A stretch of DNA of 64,000 nt from an uncultured Spirochaetota bacterium. Lineage in GTDB: Bacteria; Spirochaetota; Spirochaetia; SZUA-6; Fen-1364. A program made the translations under genes and the position numbers. The notes under the pieces were generated by a model. It did no database searches, was not told where the DNA came from, and saw only the letters and a list, made by a program, of their open reading frames with translations. The stretch is taken from assembly GCA_963845535.1 (NCBI GenBank), contig CAWJSK010000012.1:544001-608000 (forward strand), read 5' to 3'. Below are positions 30,047 to 39,466 of the stretch, piece by piece (within the stretch, counting starts at the first letter, position 1; every line of letters starts with the position of its first letter).

Positions 30047-30829
30047 CTAGCGGTAGCTGTGAAGCCCCGAGAGCAGGTAGTTCACGCCGAAGAACGTGAA
30101 GGCCATGGCGACAAAGCCTCCAATGGCCAGGGCCGCGGACCAGGCCCCCCGCAGCTTGCGAACCAGGCGCGCATGAAGGTACGCCGTATAGATGAGCCAG
30201 GTGACCAGGGCCCACATCTCCTTGGGGTCCCAGCTCCACCAGCTTCCCCAGGCGGTCTCCGCCCAGACGGCGCCGAAAATGAGCGCGCCTGCGGTGAAGA
30301 CCGGGTACCCTATGCCGATTGAGGTCGCAACCAGCCGGTCCAGCTCCGCCCGCGCCTCCTCGCGTCGGGAAACGAAGAAGCAGATCGCCGCGACAAAGCT
30401 CACGACGAAAAACGCCTCTCCAATGAAGGAGAACGCGACGTGCAGCGCGAGCCACAAGGAGCGAAGAGCGGGGATTGGCGGCTGGATTTCTCGGGGCGCA
30501 AGCGGGGAGGAAGACAGCATGAGAAGCGAAATGCCGACCAGGGTCGCCCCGAACAGGGCGGCGGGAGGCAACCGGCGAGGCGCCCGCGCGCGCATGACAA
30601 AGAGCACGGCGCAGAGGGCCGCGCTGAAGAAAACAAGGGACTCGTAGGTGTTCGTCACGGCCGCGAACCTGATCTGGACGCTCCTTTCCACGAGCGTTGC
30701 CAGAAGGATCAAGGCTGCGACGCCAAGGAGCCAATGAGAGACCGGATCCTGCCGCCCCCCTCTCAGGAGGAGAAAAACGGCCTGCATTACGGCGGAAGCA
30801 ATGATGAGGAGCAGTCCGATGGTCGCCAT
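30047..30829 (-). CDS. ccsA: Cytochrome c biogenesis protein CcsA (system II)
   Basis: WGSWWSWDPKE WWD motif, YLH, GLHSY. Confidence 0.92.
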   Translation of the reverse strand: MATIGLLLIIASAVMQAVFLLLRGGRQDPVSHWLLGVAALILLATLVERSVQIRFAAVTNTYESLVFFSAALCAVLFVMRARAPRRLPPAALFGATLVGISLLMLSSSPLAPREIQPPIPALRSLWLALHVAFSFIGEAFFVVSFVAAICFFVSRREEARAELDRLVATSIGIGYPVFTAGALIFGAVWAETAWGSWWSWDPKEMWALVTWLIYTAYLHARLVRKLRGAWSAALAIGGFVAMAFTFFGVNYLLSGLHSYR

Positions 30830-31698
30830 TATGCGAGTGTGTCCTTTCTCTTTTGGATGAACGCAAGCGCAAGCCCCAGCGCGATGATCACGAGCGCGCA
30901 GATGACCACGGGAAAACCAGGATCACGGACCGCCTTGAGACCGGTGATGTTGCGTGAGGAAACGCCGATCACCGCGAAGGGACCAAGAGAGTCACCGGCC
31001 GACACCCTGAGCTCACGAACCTTTGCGCCCCCTCGCCAGAGCTCGAACACGGCGCACAATCCCGCGGGGGCAGGCTCGACGCTGGCAAAGTACCACAGCG
31101 TGTCTCCTTCGCGAAAGCCCTGGCCGGTCGTTGCCCGCACACGGGAGCCGCCTCGTCGCAGATCGAGGATACCCTCGGTTTCCCATGCGGTCTGGTAGAT
31201 GCTGATTCCCCGAAGACGAAGCGGGGAGTTTACCCGGATGGGAAACGCGGCAACCTCCGTTGCGCCATTCGTGGATACGGTCACCGTGGAGACCCACTCC
31301 CGGGGAGAGCCGTCCGGGTAGCGCTGGACGTCCAGCGAGATCAGGCGGATGAGCCGCGATGAATCGATGCTCGCCTCATCCCCTGCGGCAAGGGAAAGCG
31401 TCTTTTCCTGCCTGCCGAGGGCGGAAAGAAGCCCGCCGCAGATCAATACGAGCAGCCCGAGGTGGATGAGGTCAGGTCCGAACCGACGCGGCGCCGAGAG
31501 GCGGATACGACTCACAAACCTGTGGACCGCGCAGAATCCAAGGCTGACGGCAAGCAGGCAAACGGGAATCAAAAAGAGCAAGGAATGCACGAAGGTGGAG
31601 AGAATTGAAGAGACAATGCCCAGGAGGAGGAGAGTCACGGCAACACGGGGGGAACGCGCGAGAGCGGACAGGGATTTCACGGAGGAACTATACCGCAT
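30829..31698 (-). CDS. Cytochrome c biogenesis protein ResB/CcsB (short form)
   Basis: LIHLG, IRVNSPL, RDPG; coupled to ccsA. Confidence 0.8.
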   Translation of the reverse strand: MRYSSSVKSLSALARSPRVAVTLLLLGIVSSILSTFVHSLLFLIPVCLLAVSLGFCAVHRFVSRIRLSAPRRFGPDLIHLGLLVLICGGLLSALGRQEKTLSLAAGDEASIDSSRLIRLISLDVQRYPDGSPREWVSTVTVSTNGATEVAAFPIRVNSPLRLRGISIYQTAWETEGILDLRRGGSRVRATTGQGFREGDTLWYFASVEPAPAGLCAVFELWRGGAKVRELRVSAGDSLGPFAVIGVSSRNITGLKAVRDPGFPVVICALVIIALGLALAFIQKRKDTLA

Positions 31699-31733
31699 CC
31701 CCGCGGGGCGTCAATGAGACGCTTTTCGGAGCT

Positions 31734-32243
31734 TCAGAAAAACTTGAGCATGGCCGTCAATCCGACCCATGGCTTCATGCTCGTCACGCGCTGAAGATCC
31801 CAGATCGACATGACCGGGTAGAAAGCGACCACGCCAATGGAAACAGGACCTATGTTGATGTCCCCGGAGAGTTTCAGGTTCGCCGCTGACGTGGAGGACA
31901 CGCCGGGACCGCTCATGGGGATGAAAAAGTCAGGCCCCATGCCGGCGCCGAAACGAAAGAAGAAGATGTCCACGGACAGACCTGCGTCTGCCAGCGCAAG
32001 GATGTAGGAGGAGCCGTTGGCGGCAGTGGGCAGGTAGTACAGCCCTGTGAGACCGACCTGGAAGACGCTCAGAAACTTGAAGCGGGCTTCCATCCCCCAT
32101 GTGATGTCCAGGGGCTGGGTGAAAAGGCCTCCGATATCGCCGTCGTACATCCCGACGCCCCCGAGCTGGAAATCAGCGTAGCTCAAGGCCGGGGTCAAAG
32201 CGAAAGTCAGAGAGAGTGCGATAGCGGCCAGCGCCTTCTTCAT
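31734..32243 (-). CDS. Exported hypothetical protein, possible small outer-membrane beta-barrel
   Basis: MKK signal peptide, alternating hydrophobic strands, C-terminal Phe. Confidence 0.6.
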   Translation of the reverse strand: MKKALAAIALSLTFALTPALSYADFQLGGVGMYDGDIGGLFTQPLDITWGMEARFKFLSVFQVGLTGLYYLPTAANGSSYILALADAGLSVDIFFFRFGAGMGPDFFIPMSGPGVSSTSAANLKLSGDINIGPVSIGVVAFYPVMSIWDLQRVTSMKPWVGLTAMLKFF

Positions 32244-32320
32244 GCGTGAAAGACTCCTTCGCGTGCGCGGCGAATAAAGCTCGCACGCAGGATACAACGT
32301 AGCGCACGGGGAGAGGCATT

Positions 32321-33700
32321 TCAATCCTGGAGCAGGATGATCCTCCGCGCGGCCCTTCTGCACGCCTCCGCCAACCGGGAGATATCTTCCCGCGTGTGCG
32401 CCATGGATACCGAGCCCAGCCCGTGCATGACAAAGACGTCCTCCAGCAGAAGGGCAAGCTGAAGCACGGTGTCTGACAGCGTGACGTCGCACACCTCCGG
32501 GTTTCGCGTCTGCTCGGGGGAATCGCACGGACAGGAATCATCGAAAGGGAAGTGAATGGACGCCATGGAGCTGCCAGGCAGGGCGTCGTTTCCAAAACCC
32601 GTACATTTCGCCGGCAATCCTTCCGAGCTCAAGGCGTCCTCGACGGCCCGGCGCGCCGCATCCCCCAGGCTGGCGAGCCGGGGATAGATCTCCGCCTCGT
32701 GAGCAACAAGGTGCCGCATCATTGTCACGGAGGCGATCATGGAGGCGGGGTGGCACGAGTAGGTCCCGCCGGAGAACCTGACACTGCCCCCTTTGCCGGC
32801 AAGGTCCATGATGTCCGCCCTCCCGGCAACCGCCGCAACGGGCATGCCCCCGCCAATGATCTTGGCGTACGTCGCAAGGTCCGGCTGGACTGAGAAAATG
32901 CGCGACGTGCTTCCCGCGCAGAAGCGGAAACCCGCAATCACCTCATCGAAAATGAGAAGGGCTCCCTGTTCACGCGTCAGCTCGCGCGCCCGTTTCAGGA
33001 AAGCGAGGCTTGCGGGAAGGCTGCCGCTTGATCCCATGAACGGCTCCAAAATGAAGCAGGCGATGCGCGACCCATGCGTGCGAAACACTTCTTCCAGCAT
33101 GGGAACATCGTTGAAGCGCGTCACCAGCACCTGATCTGCAACCCCGGTGGGCAGGCCCCGGCTTTCCGCGTGCTGGAAGTTGTAGTCCACCCCCACCAGC
33201 CCCCAGGGCTGCGCACCGTGCCAGCCGCCCCCTACCTTGAGGACTTCCTCCCGGCCCGTGGCGGCCCGCGCCAGCATGATGGCGTACATGGTGGCCAGGG
33301 AGCCGCTGGAGGTGAGCCGCGCGCGCTCGGCGCCCGTGCGCTCGCACAGAAGCTCCGCCACCTCCACCTGCCGGGCATCCGTGAAGCCGGATTGCAGCCC
33401 AAAACCCTTGGAGAACGCGGCTGCCAGCGGCTCGGTGATTTCCCGAGGGTTATGTCCGAGGATGTTGGCGTGATGCCCCTGCCAGAAGTCCAGGATACGA
33501 TGCCCGTCCTCGTCCGTGACGGACGCGCCGTGCGCTTCACGGACGCGCGGCGGGAACGGCCTCAGGAGACGGATTGCGTGGCTCCCGCCGTCCACGAGCA
33601 CGCGGAGGGCTTTTGTGTTGATGACGGCGCTGCGGGGGGACCGGCGCGTATACTCCTCTGCAAGCGCGGCAAGGACTCGAGCGTGGTCTCGCTTCTTCAT
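32321..33700 (-). CDS. Class III aminotransferase (glutamate-1-semialdehyde aminomutase-like)
   Basis: DEDG..ILD, LIFDEVIAGFR, AKIIGGGMP. Confidence 0.85.
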   Translation of the reverse strand: MKKRDHARVLAALAEEYTRRSPRSAVINTKALRVLVDGGSHAIRLLRPFPPRVREAHGASVTDEDGHRILDFWQGHHANILGHNPREITEPLAAAFSKGFGLQSGFTDARQVEVAELLCERTGAERARLTSSGSLATMYAIMLARAATGREEVLKVGGGWHGAQPWGLVGVDYNFQHAESRGLPTGVADQVLVTRFNDVPMLEEVFRTHGSRIACFILEPFMGSSGSLPASLAFLKRARELTREQGALLIFDEVIAGFRFCAGSTSRIFSVQPDLATYAKIIGGGMPVAAVAGRADIMDLAGKGGSVRFSGGTYSCHPASMIASVTMMRHLVAHEAEIYPRLASLGDAARRAVEDALSSEGLPAKCTGFGNDALPGSSMASIHFPFDDSCPCDSPEQTRNPEVCDVTLSDTVLQLALLLEDVFVMHGLGSVSMAHTREDISRLAEACRRAARRIILLQD

Positions 33701-33737
33701 GGTTGAATGCAGTATATACAGGCGCTGGAGGGAACGA

Positions 33738-34634
33738 TCAAGGAGTCACCGCGGACTTCCGTCTGCCCGCGCGCTCTCTGACGGCTGCGGCCCGCGCCGT
33801 CAACAGCACCGCTGCAAGGATGAGGGCGCCGCCCGCAATTTTTGCCGGGGTGATTGCCTCCCCGAGGAGAAGCGCGGCCAGCGCCACGGCAACCGCGGGC
33901 TCGAAGGTGGACAGGATGGAGGCGCTCGTTGGTCCAACCCGCTCGAGGCCAGCAAAGAACAGGGCAATGGCAGCCACGGTGGAGACAATCGAGAGAGCGG
34001 CAATCGAGAGCCATCCCGCGCCGCTCCCGGGCCACACCGGCCCTTGAACGAATGCAATCCCGCTGTAAACCACGGCGGTGGAGCAGATGACAACGGCAGC
34101 GGCGGCCAGAGGGGAGACGCTCCGCATCACTTTTGTTCCCGCCAGGATGTACACCGCGTATATGGTTGCAGCGGCGACGGCCAGAGCGACGCCCACAGGC
34201 GTGCCGCCCTTTTCCAGGCCGATCATGAGAGCGGCCCCGGCCAGGGCCAGGGCCAGAGCCACGCCGCGTGAGACGGTGAAAGGTTCGTGATACACGAGCG
34301 TTGCCCCGACGGCAACAAGCATCGGGTACAGGTACAGGATCAGCGCGACAAGGCTGGCGGGGGCCTGGGTCAGCGCGGTGAAATAGCACAACGCCTGCAC
34401 CACGTAGATCACTCCGCCGAGGGCCACAAGAGCTATCAGTGCCCGGCCCGCCGGCATCCTGGCGCCGCGAAGCGCCGCAAGCGCCAGCATCACCGGCGCG
34501 GCAAATGCGAAGCGAAGAAAGAGAAGCGTGATCGGATTGACCCCGGAGGCATAGGCGAAGCGGGCAAAAATGGGCATTGCACCGTAGCAAGCCGCCGAGA
34601 GGACAATGAAAACAACCCCGACGTTTCGCGACAT
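33738..34634 (-). CDS. EamA/DMT family transporter
   Basis: About ten TM segments, LFLRF, LYLYP, TFEP. Confidence 0.88.
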   Translation of the reverse strand: MSRNVGVVFIVLSAACYGAMPIFARFAYASGVNPITLLFLRFAFAAPVMLALAALRGARMPAGRALIALVALGGVIYVVQALCYFTALTQAPASLVALILYLYPMLVAVGATLVYHEPFTVSRGVALALALAGAALMIGLEKGGTPVGVALAVAAATIYAVYILAGTKVMRSVSPLAAAAVVICSTAVVYSGIAFVQGPVWPGSGAGWLSIAALSIVSTVAAIALFFAGLERVGPTSASILSTFEPAVAVALAALLLGEAITPAKIAGGALILAAVLLTARAAAVRERAGRRKSAVTP

Positions 34635-34658
34635 GGCGGTGAGTATATTATGCCTGCC
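34635..34658. promoter_or_regulatory. 24-bp bidirectional promoter candidate with overlapping -10 hexamers
   Basis: TATACT (- strand, 34642-34647) and TATTAT (+ strand, 34646-34651), each 7 nt from an ATG. Confidence 0.55.
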
Positions 34659-35021
34659 ATGAAAAAGCTCAATCCACTGACGCCCGAAGAAGAACGCGTC
34701 ATAGTCCAGAAAGGGACCGAGAGGCCTTTCTCCGGTGAGTACGAATCCCTGGGGGAGAGCGGGACATACGTGTGCAGGAGGTGCAACGCCCCCCTGTACC
34801 GCTCGGAGGACAAGTTCGATGCTCGCTGCGGCTGGCCAAGCTTCGATCAGGAGATCCCTGGCGCCGTAAAACGCTCCGTGGACGCGGATGGAAGCCGCAC
34901 AGAGATCACATGCGCGGCCTGCGGCGCGCACCTTGGCCACGTGTTCCTGGGCGAAGGCTTTACGCCGAAGAACACCCGACACTGCGTGAACTCCATCTCC
35001 ATGAAGTTCGTAAAGGGGTAG
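34659..35021 (+). CDS. msrB: Methionine-R-sulfoxide reductase
   Basis: [30 protein letters not shown]. Confidence 0.95.
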   Translation: MKKLNPLTPEEERVIVQKGTERPFSGEYESLGESGTYVCRRCNAPLYRSEDKFDARCGWPSFDQEIPGAVKRSVDADGSRTEITCAACGAHLGHVFLGEGFTPKNTRHCVNSISMKFVKG

Positions 35022-35092
35022 CGCCACGAGCAGCGCGGGAAAAGGCACATTTGCCTCAGCCGGCTGCTGCGCTATACTGTCAGCCGCCCGGC

Positions 35093-35803
35093 ATGACAGA
35101 TCAAGAGCTTTGCATTCTCTATGAAGACAACCATCTCATCGCCGTCAACAAGAAGCCGTCCGACATCGTGCAAGGTGACAAGACGGGAGACGTGACGCTT
35201 GCTGATCGGGTCAAGGACTATATCCGGGCCACCCGCGGGAAGACGGGAGAAGTGTTCGTGGGCATCCCGCACCGCCTGGACAGGCCTACCAGCGGAGTGG
35301 TGCTTTTTGCCAGAACCAGCAAAGCCTTGGAAAGACTGAGCGCGGCGTTTCGGGAGGGGCAGGTGGAGAAAACGTACTGGACGATCGTTGCGGAAAAGCC
35401 GCCTGAAGAGTCAGGGACCCTTGTTCACTGGCTTACGCGGAATCCGGAACAGAACAAGTCGTACGCGTCGAAAACGCAAAGGCCAGGAGCGCGCGAAGCG
35501 CGGCTTTCCTATCGGCTCCTGTTCAGCCTGGAACGATACCACCTCCTGGAGATTGAGCTGGAGACCGGACGCCATCACCAGATCAGGGCCCAGCTTCACG
35601 CGGTGGGATGCCACATCAAGGGGGACCTGAAGTACGGGGCCCCGCGCTCCAACCCGGGCGGAGGGATCCACCTTCATGCGCGGAAGGTTTCCTTTCCGCA
35701 CCCTGTGAAAAAAGAGACAATTACAATAGAAGCGGACCCTCCGCGGGACGCGCTGTGGGATGCGGCCCTCGCAAAATGGAAAGCCGCGAGGCTTGGCGGT
35801 TGA
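35093..35803 (+). CDS. RluA family RNA pseudouridine synthase
   Basis: [26 protein letters not shown]. Confidence 0.93.
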   Translation: MTDQELCILYEDNHLIAVNKKPSDIVQGDKTGDVTLADRVKDYIRATRGKTGEVFVGIPHRLDRPTSGVVLFARTSKALERLSAAFREGQVEKTYWTIVAEKPPEESGTLVHWLTRNPEQNKSYASKTQRPGAREARLSYRLLFSLERYHLLEIELETGRHHQIRAQLHAVGCHIKGDLKYGAPRSNPGGGIHLHARKVSFPHPVKKETITIEADPPRDALWDAALAKWKAARLGG

Positions 35804-35805
35804 CA

Positions 35806-35970
35806 ATGTCGGTAGGAATTCAGAGACGGCAGGAACGGGCCGGGAGAATCCTTGCGGATTTTCTCATTGGCGCCCATGCCAAGATACACGCGGACCGGCT
35901 GTTGGCGCGTGACCGGGGATACCTCAGGGACTATTTCTCCGATCTGAAACTCTGGGACCCAATTTCCTGA
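35806..35970 (+). pseudogene. C-terminal remnant of a PIN/VapC toxin
   Basis: [11 protein letters not shown]...[12 protein letters not shown] matches the PIN C-terminal half; N-terminal half absent. Confidence 0.65.
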
Positions 35971-36004
35971 GCCGCCGCGGCAAAGCGCTCGTTTTACAGC
36001 GCCT

Positions 36005-37327
36005 CTACAGCGCCTCGGTTGACATCTCCATCACGCGTGCCACGTTCTCGATGTCCACCACGTGCTTGCCGGTCAGCAGGCAGTAGTGGTGCGAGTAGAA
36101 CGCCTTCATGACCGCGGGGCCGTCCTTCACTTTCAGAAGAGCGCCGTTTCTGCAGTCCGAGCCAGGGTACTGCACGTAGCCCTCGAGCTCCCCGGCGATT
36201 GCCTGGATGCTCTTCAACTCAGGATGGAGCTTCGCCAGCGTCATTGCTCCCGTGGCCATGCGCGCATCCATGGCGTGCGCGTTGTCGTTGACGATGGCGA
36301 GCACTTTGGGCCGCAACGTCCAGTGAGAGCAGAACGGGCGCGGCACCACGCCGAAGAACCCGCAGTGCACCATGAGGAGGTGGTTCTCCGGCTCCAGCAC
36401 GTCGGGGAACGTGTCGATCTTTTCATGCTTCAGCGCCGCTCCTCCCATGAGGAAGGGGTAGAGGTTGCTCATCATGATGGGGTTGGCAAGGGACCGCTCC
36501 AGGATGAACATCGTGAGGAGGGACAGCGTGTCGGCTTCGCACGCCCATATGAGGCGCCTGTCCTGGTAGAGCAGGTCCCAGGCGAGGCATGGCGTGGTGT
36601 CCGAGTACTCGGACTCATTGAGGCAGTTGATGCCGGCCCCCTGGATGGAGGGGTCTGCTTCGACCTCCCGCTTGAGCGCCACATACAGTTTCAGCGCCGA
36701 GCTGACCGGCCGCTCGCCCAGGCCTTCCATGGGGACAGGCCGATTGTTGAGAACCGCGCGCGCGTCTGCGTCGGTGATCTTCTTTGCCTGCTCGCCGAGG
36801 GTCTTGAAGCTCTTCTTGACGATGCGGATGCCGAACTTCTCCCGGATCAGCTCGCTTGCCCTGTCCTCCCACCACCAGAACCGCTTGAAGATCTCCGGCT
36901 GCTCCCCGCCCACCCCCGGCCTGTCCTGGTAAACGAGGAACTTCACTTCCTTCATCTCCCGTTTGAGCGCAAGGGCCCGGCAGATCTTCCTGGTCTGCTC
37001 GATATTGTACGGCGTGAACGCGTTCATGCCGAGGGAGCGCATGAACGTGACGATCTCCCAGTCCCACATGTTCACCGTGCCGAAATCCGAAGTAAGCACC
37101 AGCACGGGAAGCTTGATCTTCTTCAGGGCGCCGAGCTGGGAGAACGCGTCTCCCAGCAATTGGGGGAATACCACGGCATCCGCGCCGGACGTCAGCCTCC
37201 CGCCCAGAGCCACCGGTGAAAGGACTTCCGCCTCCTCAGCGAGCAGGTCCTTCACGATCCCCAGGTGCTTGGTGAACTCGGCGTCCATTCCGGACTTGAA
37301 ATGGACAGGAACGAGAATGGCTTTCAT
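36005..37327 (-). CDS. L-fucose/L-arabinose isomerase-like protein
   Basis: INCL...PCL, ACEAD, HCG, CR, HH pattern of the FucI/AraA-like C-terminal domain. Confidence 0.55.
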   Translation of the reverse strand: MKAILVPVHFKSGMDAEFTKHLGIVKDLLAEEAEVLSPVALGGRLTSGADAVVFPQLLGDAFSQLGALKKIKLPVLVLTSDFGTVNMWDWEIVTFMRSLGMNAFTPYNIEQTRKICRALALKREMKEVKFLVYQDRPGVGGEQPEIFKRFWWWEDRASELIREKFGIRIVKKSFKTLGEQAKKITDADARAVLNNRPVPMEGLGERPVSSALKLYVALKREVEADPSIQGAGINCLNESEYSDTTPCLAWDLLYQDRRLIWACEADTLSLLTMFILERSLANPIMMSNLYPFLMGGAALKHEKIDTFPDVLEPENHLLMVHCGFFGVVPRPFCSHWTLRPKVLAIVNDNAHAMDARMATGAMTLAKLHPELKSIQAIAGELEGYVQYPGSDCRNGALLKVKDGPAVMKAFYSHHYCLLTGKHVVDIENVARVMEMSTEAL

Positions 37328-38487
37328 GGCTTCAGCTCGATGGTCTTCCCGGTTTCGGCGGACCGCAGGCCTGCATCAAGAACTTCCATTTCCTTCATGC
37401 CGTCATAGAAGTTCGGCTCGATCTTCGTCTTCGTGTCCACGGCCGTGAGGAAGTCCACCATGGCGTGCACGAACTCGTGCTCGTAGCCGATAATGTGCCC
37501 GGGCGGCCACCAGTGGCCCACGTAGTCATGGACCCCGCCCTCCGTGGCAATGATTGTCCGGAAGCCCTGCGCGTTTGCCGGGTCGTCGTTGGAGAAGAAC
37601 TTCAGCTCGTTCATCCGCTCCAGGTCGAAGAGAATGCTGCCCTTGCTCCCGTAGATCTCGAAATAGTTGTAGTTCTTGCGCCCGGGGGCAAACCGCGTGG
37701 CCTCGAAGCTTCCCAACGCCCCGTTTTCGAACTCCACGGTCATGAAGGCCGCGTCCTCCACCGTGACCTTGCCCTTCTCCGCGCCCTTGACCTTTCCGCT
37801 GAACGTACCGGACGCGGCTTCATCCGGAAGCGGCCTTTCCGTGATGAAGTGCGCGGTCATGCCGCTGACCTTCTTGATGTCACCAACGAGATAGCGCGCC
37901 AGATCCACGCTGTGGGAGTTCAAGTCCCCCTGTGGTCCCGAGCCCGCCAGCTCCTTCTGGAGGTGCCAGGTGAGCGGGAAGCTCGGATCGACTATCCAGG
38001 ACTGCAGGTAGGCGCCGCGCCAGTGGAAGATTCGTCCCACCTTGCCGTCATCGATCAGCTTCTTCGCAAGACGCACCGCGGGGCAGCGGCGGTAGTTGTG
38101 GTTGATGTAGTGCGTGATCCCTTTCTTTTCCGCCGCCTCGTACATCTCCTTCGCCTGCGTGAGGTTCATGGCCAGCGGCTTCTCGCAGAAGATGTGCTTG
38201 CCGGCCTTGATCGCCTCCATGGCAATCTCGTAATGCAGGTACTGGGGCGCGCTGATGTCGACAATGTCCACGTCGTCGCGGCGCACCATCTTTTTCCAGT
38301 CCGCCTCGGTGTGCTCCCATCCCCAGCGGTCCGCGAACTGCTTCAGTGATTCCTGGTGCCTGCCGCAGGCAACCTTGAGCACGGGTTGCACGTCCAGGTC
38401 GAAGAAAAGCGGCGCCTGCTTCCACCCGTTGGAGTGCGCCTTGCCCATGAACTTGTAGCCGACGATGCCGACGTTGAGCTTCTTCAT
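37324..38487 (-). CDS. Gfo/Idh/MocA NAD-dependent sugar dehydrogenase
   Basis: G..FMGKAH, CEKP, NYRR.PAV, GD..SH..D. Confidence 0.92.
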   Translation of the reverse strand: MKKLNVGIVGYKFMGKAHSNGWKQAPLFFDLDVQPVLKVACGRHQESLKQFADRWGWEHTEADWKKMVRRDDVDIVDISAPQYLHYEIAMEAIKAGKHIFCEKPLAMNLTQAKEMYEAAEKKGITHYINHNYRRCPAVRLAKKLIDDGKVGRIFHWRGAYLQSWIVDPSFPLTWHLQKELAGSGPQGDLNSHSVDLARYLVGDIKKVSGMTAHFITERPLPDEAASGTFSGKVKGAEKGKVTVEDAAFMTVEFENGALGSFEATRFAPGRKNYNYFEIYGSKGSILFDLERMNELKFFSNDDPANAQGFRTIIATEGGVHDYVGHWWPPGHIIGYEHEFVHAMVDFLTAVDTKTKIEPNFYDGMKEMEVLDAGLRSAETGKTIELKP

Positions 38488-38503
38488 GCAGTCCTCCGTG
38501 CCC

Positions 38504-39364
38504 TCAGCTCAGGCTGTTCGCAATTCGCCGCAGCTCTTTCACGCTTGCGGCAACCGCCTTGTCCTCGTCCCCCTTGTAGTCGGGATGGAGGAAGTCGATC
38601 TCCACGGCGAGGAACCCCTCGTAGTTCGCGTTCTTGAGAAGCTGCGCGAGCTTCTGGTTGTTCACGAGGCCGTCGCCAACGGGAGTCGAAGAGAAGAAGA
38701 ACCAGTCATCCACGGACGCCTCCCGGTTGGGCTTCAGGTCTTTCACATGCGTTGCCAGCGTGTGCTTCGCAAGCTTCTCCATGCCCTTGATCGGGTCATC
38801 GAGCACCCGCATGAAGTTGCCGGTGTCGAAGTTGATCCCGAAGTACGGAGAGTTCACGGCCTTGATGAGGCTCAGCATCTCCTCCGAGGTGAAGTCGATG
38901 TGGTTCTCATCCGCGATCCTCACGTCGTGCTTTGCCGCCACCTTCACCGCCTCGGTGAACATCGTCGTGAGCTTGTCCAGCATGGGCCCATGAGGTTCGT
39001 TCCTGAACTGGAGGCTTGCGCCGCAGACGCGCATCACCGTGGCGCCGATGGCGGCCGCGTACTCGATGTTCTTCATCATGTCGGCGAAGGCCTTCTCGTT
39101 GCGCCCGCCCTCCAGGCCGTCCGGATGGCCCCATGCGAAAACACGTTCCATCTTGTACCCGTCGAGCATCCCTTTGATTTCGCTGAGGTACTCCGGATCA
39201 AAGCGCGGGATGAAGCATGACTCGAGGGATACCCCGTCCACCTTCAGCTCGTGTGCCCTCTTGATGAACCACTCCAGAGTGAGGTCCTTGGGAGGCTTCT
39301 GCTGCTGCGGATATACCTCGCCGAAGAAACGATGATAACAGTAGCTGTCAATGCCGATTTTCAT
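38504..39364 (-). CDS. Xylose-isomerase-like TIM-barrel (sugar phosphate isomerase/epimerase family)
   Basis: ENH, FDTGN, THVKD, AVE metal ligands. Confidence 0.88.
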   Translation of the reverse strand: MKIGIDSYCYHRFFGEVYPQQQKPPKDLTLEWFIKRAHELKVDGVSLESCFIPRFDPEYLSEIKGMLDGYKMERVFAWGHPDGLEGGRNEKAFADMMKNIEYAAAIGATVMRVCGASLQFRNEPHGPMLDKLTTMFTEAVKVAAKHDVRIADENHIDFTSEEMLSLIKAVNSPYFGINFDTGNFMRVLDDPIKGMEKLAKHTLATHVKDLKPNREASVDDWFFFSSTPVGDGLVNNQKLAQLLKNANYEGFLAVEIDFLHPDYKGDEDKAVAASVKELRRIANSLS

Positions 39365-39416
39365 CCCCTTTGCCTCCTTAGGTAATCTCGGCCGTCTTTG
39401 ATGTCGCTTTCCTCGA

Positions 39417-39445
39417 ATCGTAACTCAAGTGAAAGGAATTGTCAA
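39417..39445 (-). promoter_or_regulatory. Internal sigma70-like promoter for the last three genes of the left arm
   Basis: TTGACA-17-TACGAT on - strand in AT-rich intergenic gap. Confidence 0.6.
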
Positions 39446-39466
39446 ACAAATGAAAGAAAACAGTAG

